64,000 bases of DNA from an uncultured virus (IMG/VR IMGVR_UViG_3300013131_000040) (taxonomy: Duplodnaviria; Heunggongvirae; Uroviricota; Caudoviricetes). The notes under the pieces were generated by a model that worked only from the letters and a program-made list of their open reading frames with translations, did no database searches and was not told where the DNA came from. Of this stretch, positions 20,348 to 30,087 are shown in pieces. The stretch lies in IMG/VR virus record IMGVR_UViG_3300013131_000040. One strand, given 5' to 3'. Every line of letters begins with the position of its first letter. The stretch's first letter is position 1. The translations under genes and the position numbers were made by a program.

Positions 20348-20608
20348 ATGAAACTCCATGACTGGGCTTTGCAATCTGCTGCCGCCTCGCGCGATTGGCG
20401 CGAGGTAGTACGAATAGTTTCGCGAGAAATTGGGATTGAGCCACCTGAGAGGATAACTGCTAATCCAGAGATAAGTAGCGATTGGTTGTGCATCTCAATA
20501 GTCAAAGGTCATGAGTCATGGAATTATTGGTGCGATGGAGTATGGAACCATCGCTCCCACCCACCAGCCGGGTATCCTCCTGGTAACTACGCATTTGTTG
20601 TGAGGTAG
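20348..20608 (+). CDS. MKL-family small protein (subfamily A)
   Basis: MKLHDWALQSAAASRDWREVVRIVSREIG. Confidence 0.7.
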   Translation: MKLHDWALQSAAASRDWREVVRIVSREIGIEPPERITANPEISSDWLCISIVKGHESWNYWCDGVWNHRSHPPAGYPPGNYAFVVR

Positions 20609-20613
20609 TCCCG

Positions 20614-21150
20614 ATGCATATAGCTCTGCCACATCATTTCTACGTATGGGTAGACAACGAGCATCTCGGCCATGATATGCAACCTGGACTGACCCAGGGA
20701 ATTCTTCATGGAGTATTTGCTAGACCGGGTCAGCTTATGCTTACTCATGTTCAGTTGCAAAGCGGGGCTCACTGGAGCGGTCTACCTCTTTCAGTTTTGA
20801 GGGATAAAGCTGTGCCCGATACCTTGCCGGCAATTGAGCCATGGGGTTGCATGGGCAGCGATATAACTGCTACTCATTTTCCGTACCTAGATGGGTTAAC
20901 TGGAAAGACAATAAAAGAAAATTTTCTATTTCGTCATACCGGGATTATCATAGATTGGAGCGATGGCTTCTCTAGGTACCCTCAGGAACACAAGCCCCTT
21001 TCCTTGATTGCACTTGAAGCCGGTAACTTTGGGCTGCTACCAAATAACTATTTTACTATTTATGATAAGCACTTTACTGTCAATCTGGACAGCCCTCCTC
21101 CTGAGCTACGGCTTTATAGAAGGGGAGAGAAGGTATACTGGGAAGAGTAG
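20614..21150 (+). CDS. Hypothetical phage protein
   Basis: 178-aa ORF, GAGG RBS. Confidence 0.65.
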   Translation: MHIALPHHFYVWVDNEHLGHDMQPGLTQGILHGVFARPGQLMLTHVQLQSGAHWSGLPLSVLRDKAVPDTLPAIEPWGCMGSDITATHFPYLDGLTGKTIKENFLFRHTGIIIDWSDGFSRYPQEHKPLSLIALEAGNFGLLPNNYFTIYDKHFTVNLDSPPPELRLYRRGEKVYWEE

Positions 21151-21432
21151 GTACTGATCTTGTGAGAGACAAAGACTGGAAGGCGGCCTACCAGGCCCTA
21201 ATGTGGCAGATTGAGATCGGTGGTTGCGCGGTAGCTGGTCCGGGTGAGCTTACCTATGAGTGTGCAGCAGATCGACCTTGCGGCCTCTGCGTAATGCGCA
21301 GGCAACGCGATACGGCTCTAGATGCTTGTCGTGCGCTGCTTGAGTCGAACCGACTTAGTGCCGAGTCCGATTCTCGAGGCTTTGGCATCTACTGCGATGC
21401 CGTACAGCTTGCAGAAGCTGCAATCAAAAAAT

Positions 21433-21717
21433 CTACTTAGCGGGGTTCTTTTTATTGAACTCCACAATCTTGCGGAGATCTTCGATTGCCCATACTAGAT
21501 CGCCCGGAGGGGTGACATTCTTGTCGGTAAAACAATCCATCGCTGAATCCAGCATTGGTAAGGCCCGGCTGGCTGCCGCCACCCAATCGGGGTGACGCTT
21601 CATGTCGCCGGCAGCTGCTTGGCGTAGGTTGTCGATTATGGCGTCTACCCTGTCCGCCGCAGCCATCTCGCCAGCTGCATCCAGTTCATTTGCGATTTCT
21701 GCAAGTTTCTTTATCAT
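21433..21717 (-). CDS. Protein with N-terminal ANELD module (minus strand)
   Basis: KLAEIANELDAAGEMAAADRVDAII; GGAG RBS on the minus strand. Confidence 0.75.
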   Translation of the reverse strand: MIKKLAEIANELDAAGEMAAADRVDAIIDNLRQAAAGDMKRHPDWVAAASRALPMLDSAMDCFTDKNVTPPGDLVWAIEDLRKIVEFNKKNPAK

Positions 21718-21759
21718 GTATTTCTCCAGGCCTTTTAGTAGTAAGGCTTACAGTAATTT

Positions 21760-22131
21760 ATGAAACTTGCATTCTTGGAATTCCTAGCAAGCGGGCCTCC
21801 TGATGCGGTATGGAACCCGGATTGGGGAAGGCTGTACTCTGCCAAAGAGGGCGCATATCTAGTTGTTTACAAAGAGCGCGGCACTATACAGTCTGCTCAC
21901 TGGCGAACTAATACTGGTTTTATAACGAATACGCATGGGCCTGCTGCTGCGTGGTTCTGGCCTAACGGAACGGTTCGCGCTCTTGAGTACTACGTGAATG
22001 GCAAGTGCCACCGCACCGATGGGCCTGCAATCATTCATTTTGATGAGCTAGGGAACATAACAAGATCACAGTTCATTGTGAATCCTGCTCTATCTCCTAA
22101 CAAAGATGGCGGCTCGTCATCTACGAGCTAG
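21760..22131 (+). CDS. MKL-start protein carrying HxxDGPA repeats
   Basis: MKLAFLEFL; NTHGPA and YYVNGKCHRTDGPA. Confidence 0.65.
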   Translation: MKLAFLEFLASGPPDAVWNPDWGRLYSAKEGAYLVVYKERGTIQSAHWRTNTGFITNTHGPAAAWFWPNGTVRALEYYVNGKCHRTDGPAIIHFDELGNITRSQFIVNPALSPNKDGGSSSTS

Positions 22132-22133
22132 TT

Positions 22134-22688
22134 ATGATATTTCATCTTGTCCTTGTCTTTTCGTTTTACGCAGACCTAGGTTACAACCTGCGCTATGTCG
22201 AAGATGCTTATAGCGATGGTTACAAGGCTCCATTCTGGGGAAAGAAAATAGGAACAGGTCCAGATGGCCAGGACTACATACTGCGGCAAGATGCCGCAGA
22301 TGCTTACCAGGAATTAGTAGCGCGGGCGGAAACTGACGGCATTCACTGGGAAATCAATTCTGCCTATCGCAGCTCTAGTGAGCAGAGGCGCATGTTACGA
22401 CAGCGGCGACGATGGGCAGCTCCATTAGGACTGAGCTCTCATCAGGCTGGAATTGCGCTTGATCTGTCCAATACCTCCGTGCGTTGCGGCAAGAAGCGCC
22501 GAAAGAGGTCCCGATCAGAAACCTATAGGTGGCTTGCTCGCGTCGGACCAGAATTAGGCTGGGTGAATACCGCGCCCAAGGAACCGTGGCATTGGGTCTA
22601 TGTTGGAAGGACAACCTCAGAAGCGCTTCATGGCAAGCTCGTTGGTTATCGCCCTCTATTCTTGCGTCATCCCGAGTGCAGGTACTGA
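22134..22688 (+). CDS. M15 (VanY-like) peptidoglycan peptidase
   Basis: SAYRS..EQ, SSHQAGIALD, EPWHW. Confidence 0.85.
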   Translation: MIFHLVLVFSFYADLGYNLRYVEDAYSDGYKAPFWGKKIGTGPDGQDYILRQDAADAYQELVARAETDGIHWEINSAYRSSSEQRRMLRQRRRWAAPLGLSSHQAGIALDLSNTSVRCGKKRRKRSRSETYRWLARVGPELGWVNTAPKEPWHWVYVGRTTSEALHGKLVGYRPLFLRHPECRY

Positions 22689-22737
22689 AGGCATCTGATG
22701 CTAAATATTATGTAATATATTAGGTAGAATGCCAGAG

Positions 22738-22758
22738 CGGGCCGGGCCGCCCCGATCC
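22738..22758 (+). repeat. Internally deleted copy of the 34-bp element
   Basis: CGGGCCGGGCC joined to GCCCCGATCC; the TAAASCCGG core is missing. Confidence 0.45.
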
Positions 22759-22789
22759 AGTCGGGCACAACCGCACCACGGAGGCAGCC

Positions 22790-22936
22790 ATGCCAATCGT
22801 AGTTTTTGATATTTCTCCCGGTGAAGTGGTAGTGATTCAGAACGCGGAAGAGGCGGTGCTCCCAGAACGGAAGGCAGACAACATGCCCCTTCCCGAGCTT
22901 GGGCTTCAAGTAGTTGAGCCTGAAGTAGAAGAATAA
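22790..22936 (+). CDS. Small acidic protein (48 aa)
   Basis: GGAGG RBS; MPIVVFDISPGEVVV...EVEE. Confidence 0.5.
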   Translation: MPIVVFDISPGEVVVIQNAEEAVLPERKADNMPLPELGLQVVEPEVEE

Positions 22937-22972
22937 ATCTCTAAAATGCCTGTAGGCATATAGGACATAGCA

Positions 22973-23581
22973 ATGAGCTGTTACGAGTGGGAGCGCGGCA
23001 CCATCAAGCTGCCTTCCAAGGATTATCCACGTTTTCGCAAAGAGATGCTGACGGCTTGGAATAATAATGAGCTGCGGCTTTTTAACATCGCCACGGCTTG
23101 CTTTAAAGAGCTTAAGGCCAAGCCGATTAAAAGTGCAGAGCTAGAGGATGCCGTCAGGCGACTGGTGCATTCAAAAGCGAGCGACTCCGACTACTATAGA
23201 GTTTTCGATATGCTTGTCGCTAGGACGCCTACTAACGCTGTCAAGCTGCGTGCGCCTCGCAAAGGCGATCTGAGCACTCGTAAAGTGTCCGTTGGGTGTG
23301 CCCTTGATATCGAAGACGCACAGGTCTATTTTGATGACAAGGCTTGCTCGGTAACTTGGGCAGTCTCAGAAAACAACCACGCTCGGGAGCACGCCCGCGC
23401 CCATCCGATTGCGCGGGAGCTATTCAAAAAGCTAAATGCCATCGAGTGGGTTCGCGGAACAGGCGGCACGATTGTTGGCAACGATGAGTATAACCGTGAC
23501 AATGACTACGAAGGTGGTGGCAGTAATTACATCACTGCCTACTATGGCCCAGAGTCCGGTCGTAGGCTACATCGCTACTGA
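22973..23581 (+). CDS. Hypothetical phage protein
   Basis: 202-aa ORF, AGGA RBS. Confidence 0.7.
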   Translation: MSCYEWERGTIKLPSKDYPRFRKEMLTAWNNNELRLFNIATACFKELKAKPIKSAELEDAVRRLVHSKASDSDYYRVFDMLVARTPTNAVKLRAPRKGDLSTRKVSVGCALDIEDAQVYFDDKACSVTWAVSENNHAREHARAHPIARELFKKLNAIEWVRGTGGTIVGNDEYNRDNDYEGGGSNYITAYYGPESGRRLHRY

Positions 23582-23587
23582 TACGCC

Positions 23588-24157
23588 GTGAAACCCGCGC
23601 CCTTTCTTGATATAGGATCTGGAAGAAATCCGTTCCTATTTAGATACCCAGATGCTTTAACAATCAACCATCCAGCAACTGCGCATGAATACCGGGATTC
23701 ACAAGGCAGGTTAAACCACCACTTTCCTGCCGACCCCCACTTCTACCGGGATGCCAGGAAAGGCATTGGTTTTCCTGACGCCTCGGTACAGGCAGTACTA
23801 CTGCATTATGTCATAGGGGAATGGGGTAGCGGAATCATCCTAGCTGGCGAAAGCGAAACACTTTTTGCCAGTATCTATCGCGCTCTTGTTCCAGGTGGAT
23901 CAGTATATATTCGATCTGTATTTAGGCAGCATTACTGGCGCGGCTTTGATGCGCAACCTTTTTGTTCTGCACTGATAGCCGGTGGTTTCCGCTTAAAAGA
24001 TATAGATCTGGTGCCTGCTCGCTGTCCTGATGCAGATTCCTTTTGCAAGGAAGTCGTAATCGAAAGCGATCACCTGGAAGGCATACCGGAAGCCTATCCT
24101 GATAGATCATCTTTCTTGATTGCACAAAAACCAATAGACGAGCTACATCATGAGTGA
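23588..24157 (+). CDS. Possible class I SAM-methyltransferase-like protein
   Basis: FLDIGSG motif I-like and IYRALVPGG; otherwise divergent. Confidence 0.4.
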   Translation: MKPAPFLDIGSGRNPFLFRYPDALTINHPATAHEYRDSQGRLNHHFPADPHFYRDARKGIGFPDASVQAVLLHYVIGEWGSGIILAGESETLFASIYRALVPGGSVYIRSVFRQHYWRGFDAQPFCSALIAGGFRLKDIDLVPARCPDADSFCKEVVIESDHLEGIPEAYPDRSSFLIAQKPIDELHHE

Positions 24158-24455
24158 TAATGATACGCTAAAGGACACGCGATCAAAGATTGGCAACGAT
24201 CCGCCCCGCATGTTTAAGGTTATCATAATGAATGACGACTTTACTCCGATGGAGTTTGTCGTAGATATTCTAACCACCATTTTTAAAAAGGGGGCTACAG
24301 AAGCTACCTCTATCACTCTAGCCGTCCACCAGAAAGGGGCCGGCGTAGTCGGCACATACACTCGAGATATTGCAGAGACCAAGACTGAGAAAGCAATAAT
24401 CAGAGCACGTTCTGCCGGTCATCCACTCGTAATTGAATGTCACCCTGAGGCCTGA
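24150..24455 (+). CDS. clpS: ATP-dependent Clp protease adaptor ClpS
   Basis: VIIMNDDFTPMEFVV, VHQKG.GVVG.Y..DIAETK, GHPL. Confidence 0.93.
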   Translation: MSDNDTLKDTRSKIGNDPPRMFKVIIMNDDFTPMEFVVDILTTIFKKGATEATSITLAVHQKGAGVVGTYTRDIAETKTEKAIIRARSAGHPLVIECHPEA

Positions 24456-24669
24456 ACGGCTTATACTACAAAGGAAAGCACATGTCTTTTATTCTGATTC
24501 TTCTCGGCGTACTTGTTGTTCCCGCTGCATTTGGTTATGCTCTTAAGTTTGGTAACTTCTTCTTCGAGGGCATTGCCATGTTTCTGGGCGGGCTGATCTT
24601 CCTAGGCGTTGTAGCTGCCGGGACCATTGGCCTACTCAGTGCTGTGTTCGGCTGAACAAGGAGAGGGAT

Positions 24670-25269
24670 ATGCCTAATTGGTGCAACAACTTACTCCTGC
24701 TATCTGGCAGTCCCGCAGCACTAGCAAACTTCCAAGAAAAATTTGAATCGCGGGCGGTTATTGTCGATCCAGACGAACCTGCTCGAGTTCCGGTAAAGGT
24801 TGGGCTGCTAAGTGCGTTTGTACCGACCCCTCCCGAGCTGATTGATCAGCCTGCGATAGCTCCTAGTGCCGGTAGCTTAAATGAGCACCTGATTGCACAG
24901 TATGGAGCTAGCGACTGGTATGATTGGCGAAATAAAAACTGGGGCACTAAGTGGGATGTCATGGAAGATGGGGTAGGTTTTGACAAAGAGGGTGATTGCT
25001 TAGTAGCATCGTTTAAGTCTGCATGGGCACCTCCTATTGCGGGCATTGTGGCCATCTCAGAGTTTTTTCCAGACGTTCAATTTGATCTGCGCTACGAAGA
25101 ACCTGGCTGCGACTTCGAGGGACAGTTTGTTGTGCTGAATGGCAAAGTGTTGTGCAATTTAGAGCAGTCATTCAGCGAGGGCGAGTTGCTAGATCCCGAT
25201 GATGAAGACAGTGATCGGGAGTGCATACCGCTTGAGGCTAAGTTCGAGCCGTTTGAATTTCACACTTAA
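24670..25269 (+). CDS. MPNWC-type (DUF1281/YubB-like) protein
   Basis: MPNWCNN, WYDWR..NWGTKW, F.SAWAPP, YEEPG. Confidence 0.75.
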   Translation: MPNWCNNLLLLSGSPAALANFQEKFESRAVIVDPDEPARVPVKVGLLSAFVPTPPELIDQPAIAPSAGSLNEHLIAQYGASDWYDWRNKNWGTKWDVMEDGVGFDKEGDCLVASFKSAWAPPIAGIVAISEFFPDVQFDLRYEEPGCDFEGQFVVLNGKVLCNLEQSFSEGELLDPDDEDSDRECIPLEAKFEPFEFHT

Positions 25270-25628
25270 AGCTCAAGGAGAAAGTATGAACAATATTCCA
25301 TCCAATCCGGTTTCTGCCCTTGCAAAGAGCGACAGCGAAACAGGCCTGATCCGTAGCTGGCAGCGCGCTAATCGCGAGCGACGTGAAGCTGCCGCTGGCC
25401 AAGAGTCTCCGTTTATTTACTGGACTCACTATCTTACGCTTGGCTTTAGCAGCGACCTGGCTAGCTTTACAGCCCGCAAAAAAGACAGCGAATCCTATAT
25501 CGCAGGCGTCGCTGGGATCGTAGGCTTTCCTATTCTCGGACTACCTCTGCTGTGCCTGAAAGGAATTAGGCGCCTGGCTCAGCTGGCCTACTACGGAGAA
25601 TAGCTGCGGAAGAGGTAAGCTATAGATA

Positions 25629-25841
25629 ATGAAGCTTGCCTCTTTAGAGATAATGTTCTGCAAAGATGCATATGATCTGCTCCTGTGGTTTAAGAAAGTA
25701 AGAAATCTAAATATTCCATCCAGAGAAGATTTTCAGGTTCTCATGGACACGGAAGAAGTCCAAACACTAGGTGTCTGGTTTGATCATGTTGGGCTCGTGT
25801 CGATATTAAAGATCAACCGAGGTGGGCTTAGCGCATCCTAG
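25629..25841 (+). CDS. MKL-family small protein
   Basis: MKLASLEIMF. Confidence 0.55.
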   Translation: MKLASLEIMFCKDAYDLLLWFKKVRNLNIPSREDFQVLMDTEEVQTLGVWFDHVGLVSILKINRGGLSAS

Positions 25842-26063
25842 GGTTTGTCTCAGATTTCTTTCCCTGTTTGCGCAGAGGATGTCGTCAGGATAAACTCTGG
25901 TCTATCTGCCACCTCTTACGAGGAACGCCCAAAAATTACGTTGTGGTTAAAGCCTGATACTGCCGGGAATAGACTGACTGAGCTAGAAGCCAGATTAGTT
26001 AAAATAGGCTTTGTTAAAGATTTTGCATATAACTGGGATTTTACTGCTATCAAGTAATGCTAG

Positions 26064-26097
26064 CCGAGGCGGGCCTAAAGCCGGGCGGGGGCGATCC
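26064..26097 (+). promoter_or_regulatory. Dispersed 34-bp element copy 7
   Basis: CTAAA 26075-26079, GATCC 26093-26097; G-rich spacer. Confidence 0.6.
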
Positions 26098-26521
26098 TGT
26101 CGGGCGACCGGCCCGCCCGGTGAATAAGTCCAGCGCGCAGGCGGGAGCTTAGTTTCAGTGAAGCATAAAAGAAAGGAATACACATGAGCATCTGTGTAAG
26201 CTGTGGAAGCGAGTATGATAAGCGTGCCCGTCTCGGCAAGCCTGGGCGGGCAACTGTGTGCGAGGAGTGCGCTGAAGAGGAACAGGATGTGGCCCAGTAC
26301 ACAGGCAACATGATCTACTCGCACAAAGGCGGCGCATCAATTCAGATCAATACCGATTCGCGCTTGACAGAGTATATTAATGCTGCCACGCGTTTGAAAA
26401 ACAAAGGATCTAATCTGGGTGAAAATCTAAAGATGTCTGCCAAGATGTCTGTGCGCACAACAGGTTGCCATCAGACTGCGGAAACATTTAATTATAAGAA
26501 TCGCGACGGCATCTAATAAAT

Positions 26522-26968
26522 ATGAAGCTTCTCGATATCGCCCTTAACTACGCATATACTTGCGCGGAAGCAGAAGCGATCCTGGCAGCTTCTGCTCCCG
26601 AAGTAATTCCTTTTCTGCACAAAAGAGATCTGAGCATCCTAACACGAAAGATTGTATCTTACAATATCCACGGGCTAAATATACACAGTGTCCACGTTCC
26701 ACGGGCCGGCGTCGCACGCATATGGCCTCGCAAGAATGAGTTCTTGTACTCTGGTAAGATTTTTTCTTTTCATATCGTAGTCAGTGATCCAAAAGCAGAA
26801 AAACAAAAAGCAGTTCCAAGAAACATATCGTTGGCTTATGTTCTTGATGTGCTCAGCAAGCAGCTGATGACGCAGCTAGACGTGCAAGAGTATTATCGGA
26901 AACAGCACGAAGCCTATATGCTTCGACTATCTGCTTACGAAGCAAATGCTAAACAAGGCAGCAAATGA
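26522..26968 (+). CDS. MKL-family small protein
   Basis: MKLLDIALNYA. Confidence 0.6.
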   Translation: MKLLDIALNYAYTCAEAEAILAASAPEVIPFLHKRDLSILTRKIVSYNIHGLNIHSVHVPRAGVARIWPRKNEFLYSGKIFSFHIVVSDPKAEKQKAVPRNISLAYVLDVLSKQLMTQLDVQEYYRKQHEAYMLRLSAYEANAKQGSK

Positions 26969-27276
26969 AACTTGATGCCAGCGTAGATCTTTGGTTCGCA
27001 TGGCAAGAGGGTAATGCCGAAGCCCTACGAGACAGGGTAGCAACTCTTATTGGAAGAGACTATGGTGCTCGATTGCCTTCTGCTCCTTGGAAATTTTATA
27101 CAGAGAAAAATGAATCTGTGATAATTAAAACAATCATGCTTTGCAATGAGTGGTCGATATACATTCCCGTAAACTGGACAGATAGCCTGCACTACCGTTT
27201 CACTCGGAGCGGCGGACCTCCTCGACTTGAAAACTCCAGCTTTTCCTATAGAAACTATATCATAGTAACTGATTAG
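26965..27276 (+). CDS. MKL-family small protein
   Basis: ATGA overlap; MKLDASVDLWFAWQEGNAEALRDRVATLIG. Confidence 0.6.
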   Translation: MKLDASVDLWFAWQEGNAEALRDRVATLIGRDYGARLPSAPWKFYTEKNESVIIKTIMLCNEWSIYIPVNWTDSLHYRFTRSGGPPRLENSSFSYRNYIIVTD

Positions 27277-27970
27277 TGGTGAGTCATGAAATACAAAGTT
27301 GGCGACAATGTAAAAATCTGCGCCTATCCACCCACTCATACTGTTATCGCTTGGGAGCTAGGTATGGATGACCACTGCGGTCAGATCGGCGAAGTCATCA
27401 GTATTGACGATAGCTTCGGAGCAATCGTCTATGCAGTTAGATCTAAATCTAAGGCAAATGTTATCGCCAGCTGGTGGTACGAAGCCGGTTGGCTGTCGCC
27501 GATAGACGACTATTATGCCGAGGCTCCAATCAAAGGAAAACAGTTCCAAGATAGCGGACTAAAAGAACTTGCAAGAGCCGAAGCTGCTGCTAAAGCCAAG
27601 CGAGACGAGATTTTCAGAAAGATGTTTTCTGGTGAATAAGTTTACCCCGCTTCAAATCGCTGCTGCAATTGCTACCGCTGAGCATCCCTGGTACCTTTGT
27701 AAATGGTTCGAGTCTGTAAATGAGACGGAAACACCAGGCCGCTATCTAGCTAGTAATTGCAACCTAACGCTTTTCGAAGCAACTGAATTAACATATCTTG
27801 ACTATACCCGACTGGTATCTGCTCCCTATGGAATGTTTTACAGAAATCTTCATCCCAGTGGGCTAGTTGTTGAGATAAGTAAGTTTCCTCCATACTTAAA
27901 ACAAGAAGACTGCGGTACAGATGTCAAGTCTTTTTTAGGAAAATTACGAAAGTTTATTGGTCTCTAATAC

Positions 27971-28000
27971 CCGTATATACCTGTATATACCCGTATATAA
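27971..28000. repeat. Three tandem 10-bp units containing the palindrome GTATATAC
   Basis: CCGTATATAC CTGTATATAC CCGTATATAA, intergenic. Confidence 0.8.
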
Positions 28001-28089
28001 AGGTAGTTCTCCCCCTCGGCGGCGTCGGCTGCGCTAGTTATACCCCCGACGCTTTTTTTCGTAGACCTCTTTTTTCAAGGTTTCTTCAC

Positions 28090-28776
28090 TTGATCGACTA
28101 CAGCAAGGCTCGCGACTTTTTCAAAACCATCAACCCCGATATTGCCAAGCGCTACACGGACTATTGGGAGTCCCTTCGTCCACAGGACGATATGGAAATT
28201 TTCCAGAGGTATCTGTTTGCGTTTTGCAGTGTGCATACCACATTTCGTGGTAACGTCAACGGGTACCAAGCAATCAAGAACTACAATAACTGGGCTGGTA
28301 AGCCAGAGGTTCTTCTAGAGAACCTTAAGGAGTCTAGGGCCGGGTTGCATAACAGTCGCGCCAAGTATATCCAGCACTTTTCCAATCTCTACTGGGACCG
28401 GCCTAGCGATTTCCGCTTTACGACCAAGAAGCGGCACATCGCAAAGCGCGATGAGATCACCAGCAAGATCTATGGCCTTGGTGTAGCTAAGGTTTCATTC
28501 GCTCTTGAAATGATTCATCCCAGCGAGGCCCGTGTAGTTTGCGGCGATGTCCACCAGCTACGGCTTTATGGCATCGAGGGCTTGGAGTACAACTCATCGC
28601 CTACTGGGCGAGCAACCTATCGCAAGATGGAAAACCACTGGGTTACCAGCTCGCGCAAGGCCGGAGTTTCACCATATGTAGCGCGGTGTATCTTTTGGGA
28701 CCAGCTACAGAGCAAGCCAAATCCCAGGTACTGGAGCTATGTGCTGGAGAAAGAAGGCACGAATTATGCCTGTTAG
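28090..28776 (+). CDS. HhH-type DNA glycosylase/AP-lyase-like protein
   Basis: IYGLGVAKVSFALE hairpin with Lys, then VVCGDVH. Confidence 0.6.
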   Translation: MIDYSKARDFFKTINPDIAKRYTDYWESLRPQDDMEIFQRYLFAFCSVHTTFRGNVNGYQAIKNYNNWAGKPEVLLENLKESRAGLHNSRAKYIQHFSNLYWDRPSDFRFTTKKRHIAKRDEITSKIYGLGVAKVSFALEMIHPSEARVVCGDVHQLRLYGIEGLEYNSSPTGRATYRKMENHWVTSSRKAGVSPYVARCIFWDQLQSKPNPRYWSYVLEKEGTNYAC

Positions 28777-29284
28777 CAAGATCGCCTGCGTAGGCAGCCG
28801 GGACATTTCAGAACAGGTCCCTGCCCTACTGCGAGCCATTGGCGCAGAAATTGTACGGCGCGACTGGGAGCTGCATAGCGGTAATGCAAATGGGTCTGAT
28901 GCGGCTTTTGCCGCAGGAGGAAATTTTAGGCCAGAATTAGTTCACTTGCATTTGCCGTGGCCTTCCTACAACGCAGAGCAAATAGTGGCCGGAAATGTTT
29001 TGCATGATGCGCTTAACGAGCAGCTAATGCAGCTGGCTAAATCGGCTCATCCAGCCTGGTCACACCTTGGCCAAGGTAGTAAAAAGCTAATGACCCGTAA
29101 CGCGAGTATAGTACAGACATCGGATGTCGTAGTAGCGTTTCAAAAGTCGGAAGGCAGCGGCGGTACTGCGCATAGCCTGCGCATTGCCTCTGCCCTGGGT
29201 CGGCCAGTCATACGGGTGCGGCTAGATTCCACGACCGAGACAATCCTCTCCAACATTGAGTCGGCACTCTCTTCCATTAACTAG
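28766..29284 (+). CDS. DprA-like (SLOG fold) protein
   Basis: IACVGSR, LHSGNANGSD, LPW, RN..IV, GGT. Confidence 0.75.
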   Translation: MPVSKIACVGSRDISEQVPALLRAIGAEIVRRDWELHSGNANGSDAAFAAGGNFRPELVHLHLPWPSYNAEQIVAGNVLHDALNEQLMQLAKSAHPAWSHLGQGSKKLMTRNASIVQTSDVVVAFQKSEGSGGTAHSLRIASALGRPVIRVRLDSTTETILSNIESALSSIN

Positions 29285-30087
29285 AACCAGAAAGGGCTTA
29301 TGCACTTTAGCAAAATTCTTTGGAACCTTGCTAAGAGCGGGGAAGCCTTTCTCTACAACATGCACAAGGAAACCCTTGTCATCGTGCCTTTTGGTAAATA
29401 TACCGGTGTATGGCACTATCTAAAAAAATCTAAAACAACAACATGGCAACCCTACACCCTGCACCATTTAGCACCCAGGGAAGTAGTGGATCGCAAAGGC
29501 AAGACGATTCGCTTTCCTTTGCCTAATATAGTCTACGCGCTTCACGGTGATTGTCATCCTGGCAAGCTGCACAATCAGAACCGCAAGGCTCTAGGCTACG
29601 CAACATTAACCTGGAAAAAGATCGCCAGCCGCAAACTAGGTGCGATTAAGGACTTGGTTAAGCAGGCTGCCGCTAAGCTAGGTGGAGATGACAGGTTTGA
29701 GCACGGTGCTGCTTTAGCATGTGGATTTGCCATGCCCCAGTTCTTGAGGCTTGTAGAGAGCAACCCTGATAATGCCCGTGACCGCGCATTGCATCTATAT
29801 AAATACAGCTCTATTCTAGGTGCCATGCGCCCGGCACAGCGTCAGCGGTTTGTGATCCGGCTGCTACAGAACGGAATAAAACCTGCCATGAAAAGAACTT
29901 TTATCAGGGCGAAACCTGAGATAATAGACGTGATTTGCGATACCAGCACTGTGCCACACCTGCCCGGAATGATTCGATCCAACTGGGGCACTAACAACTT
30001 AAACGACTTTTATCGCACCATGGCGCTTGCCAATGGCTTTACATGGGGGCGTGTTAAAAGAATTAAAATTGAGGATTGGGATCAGCG

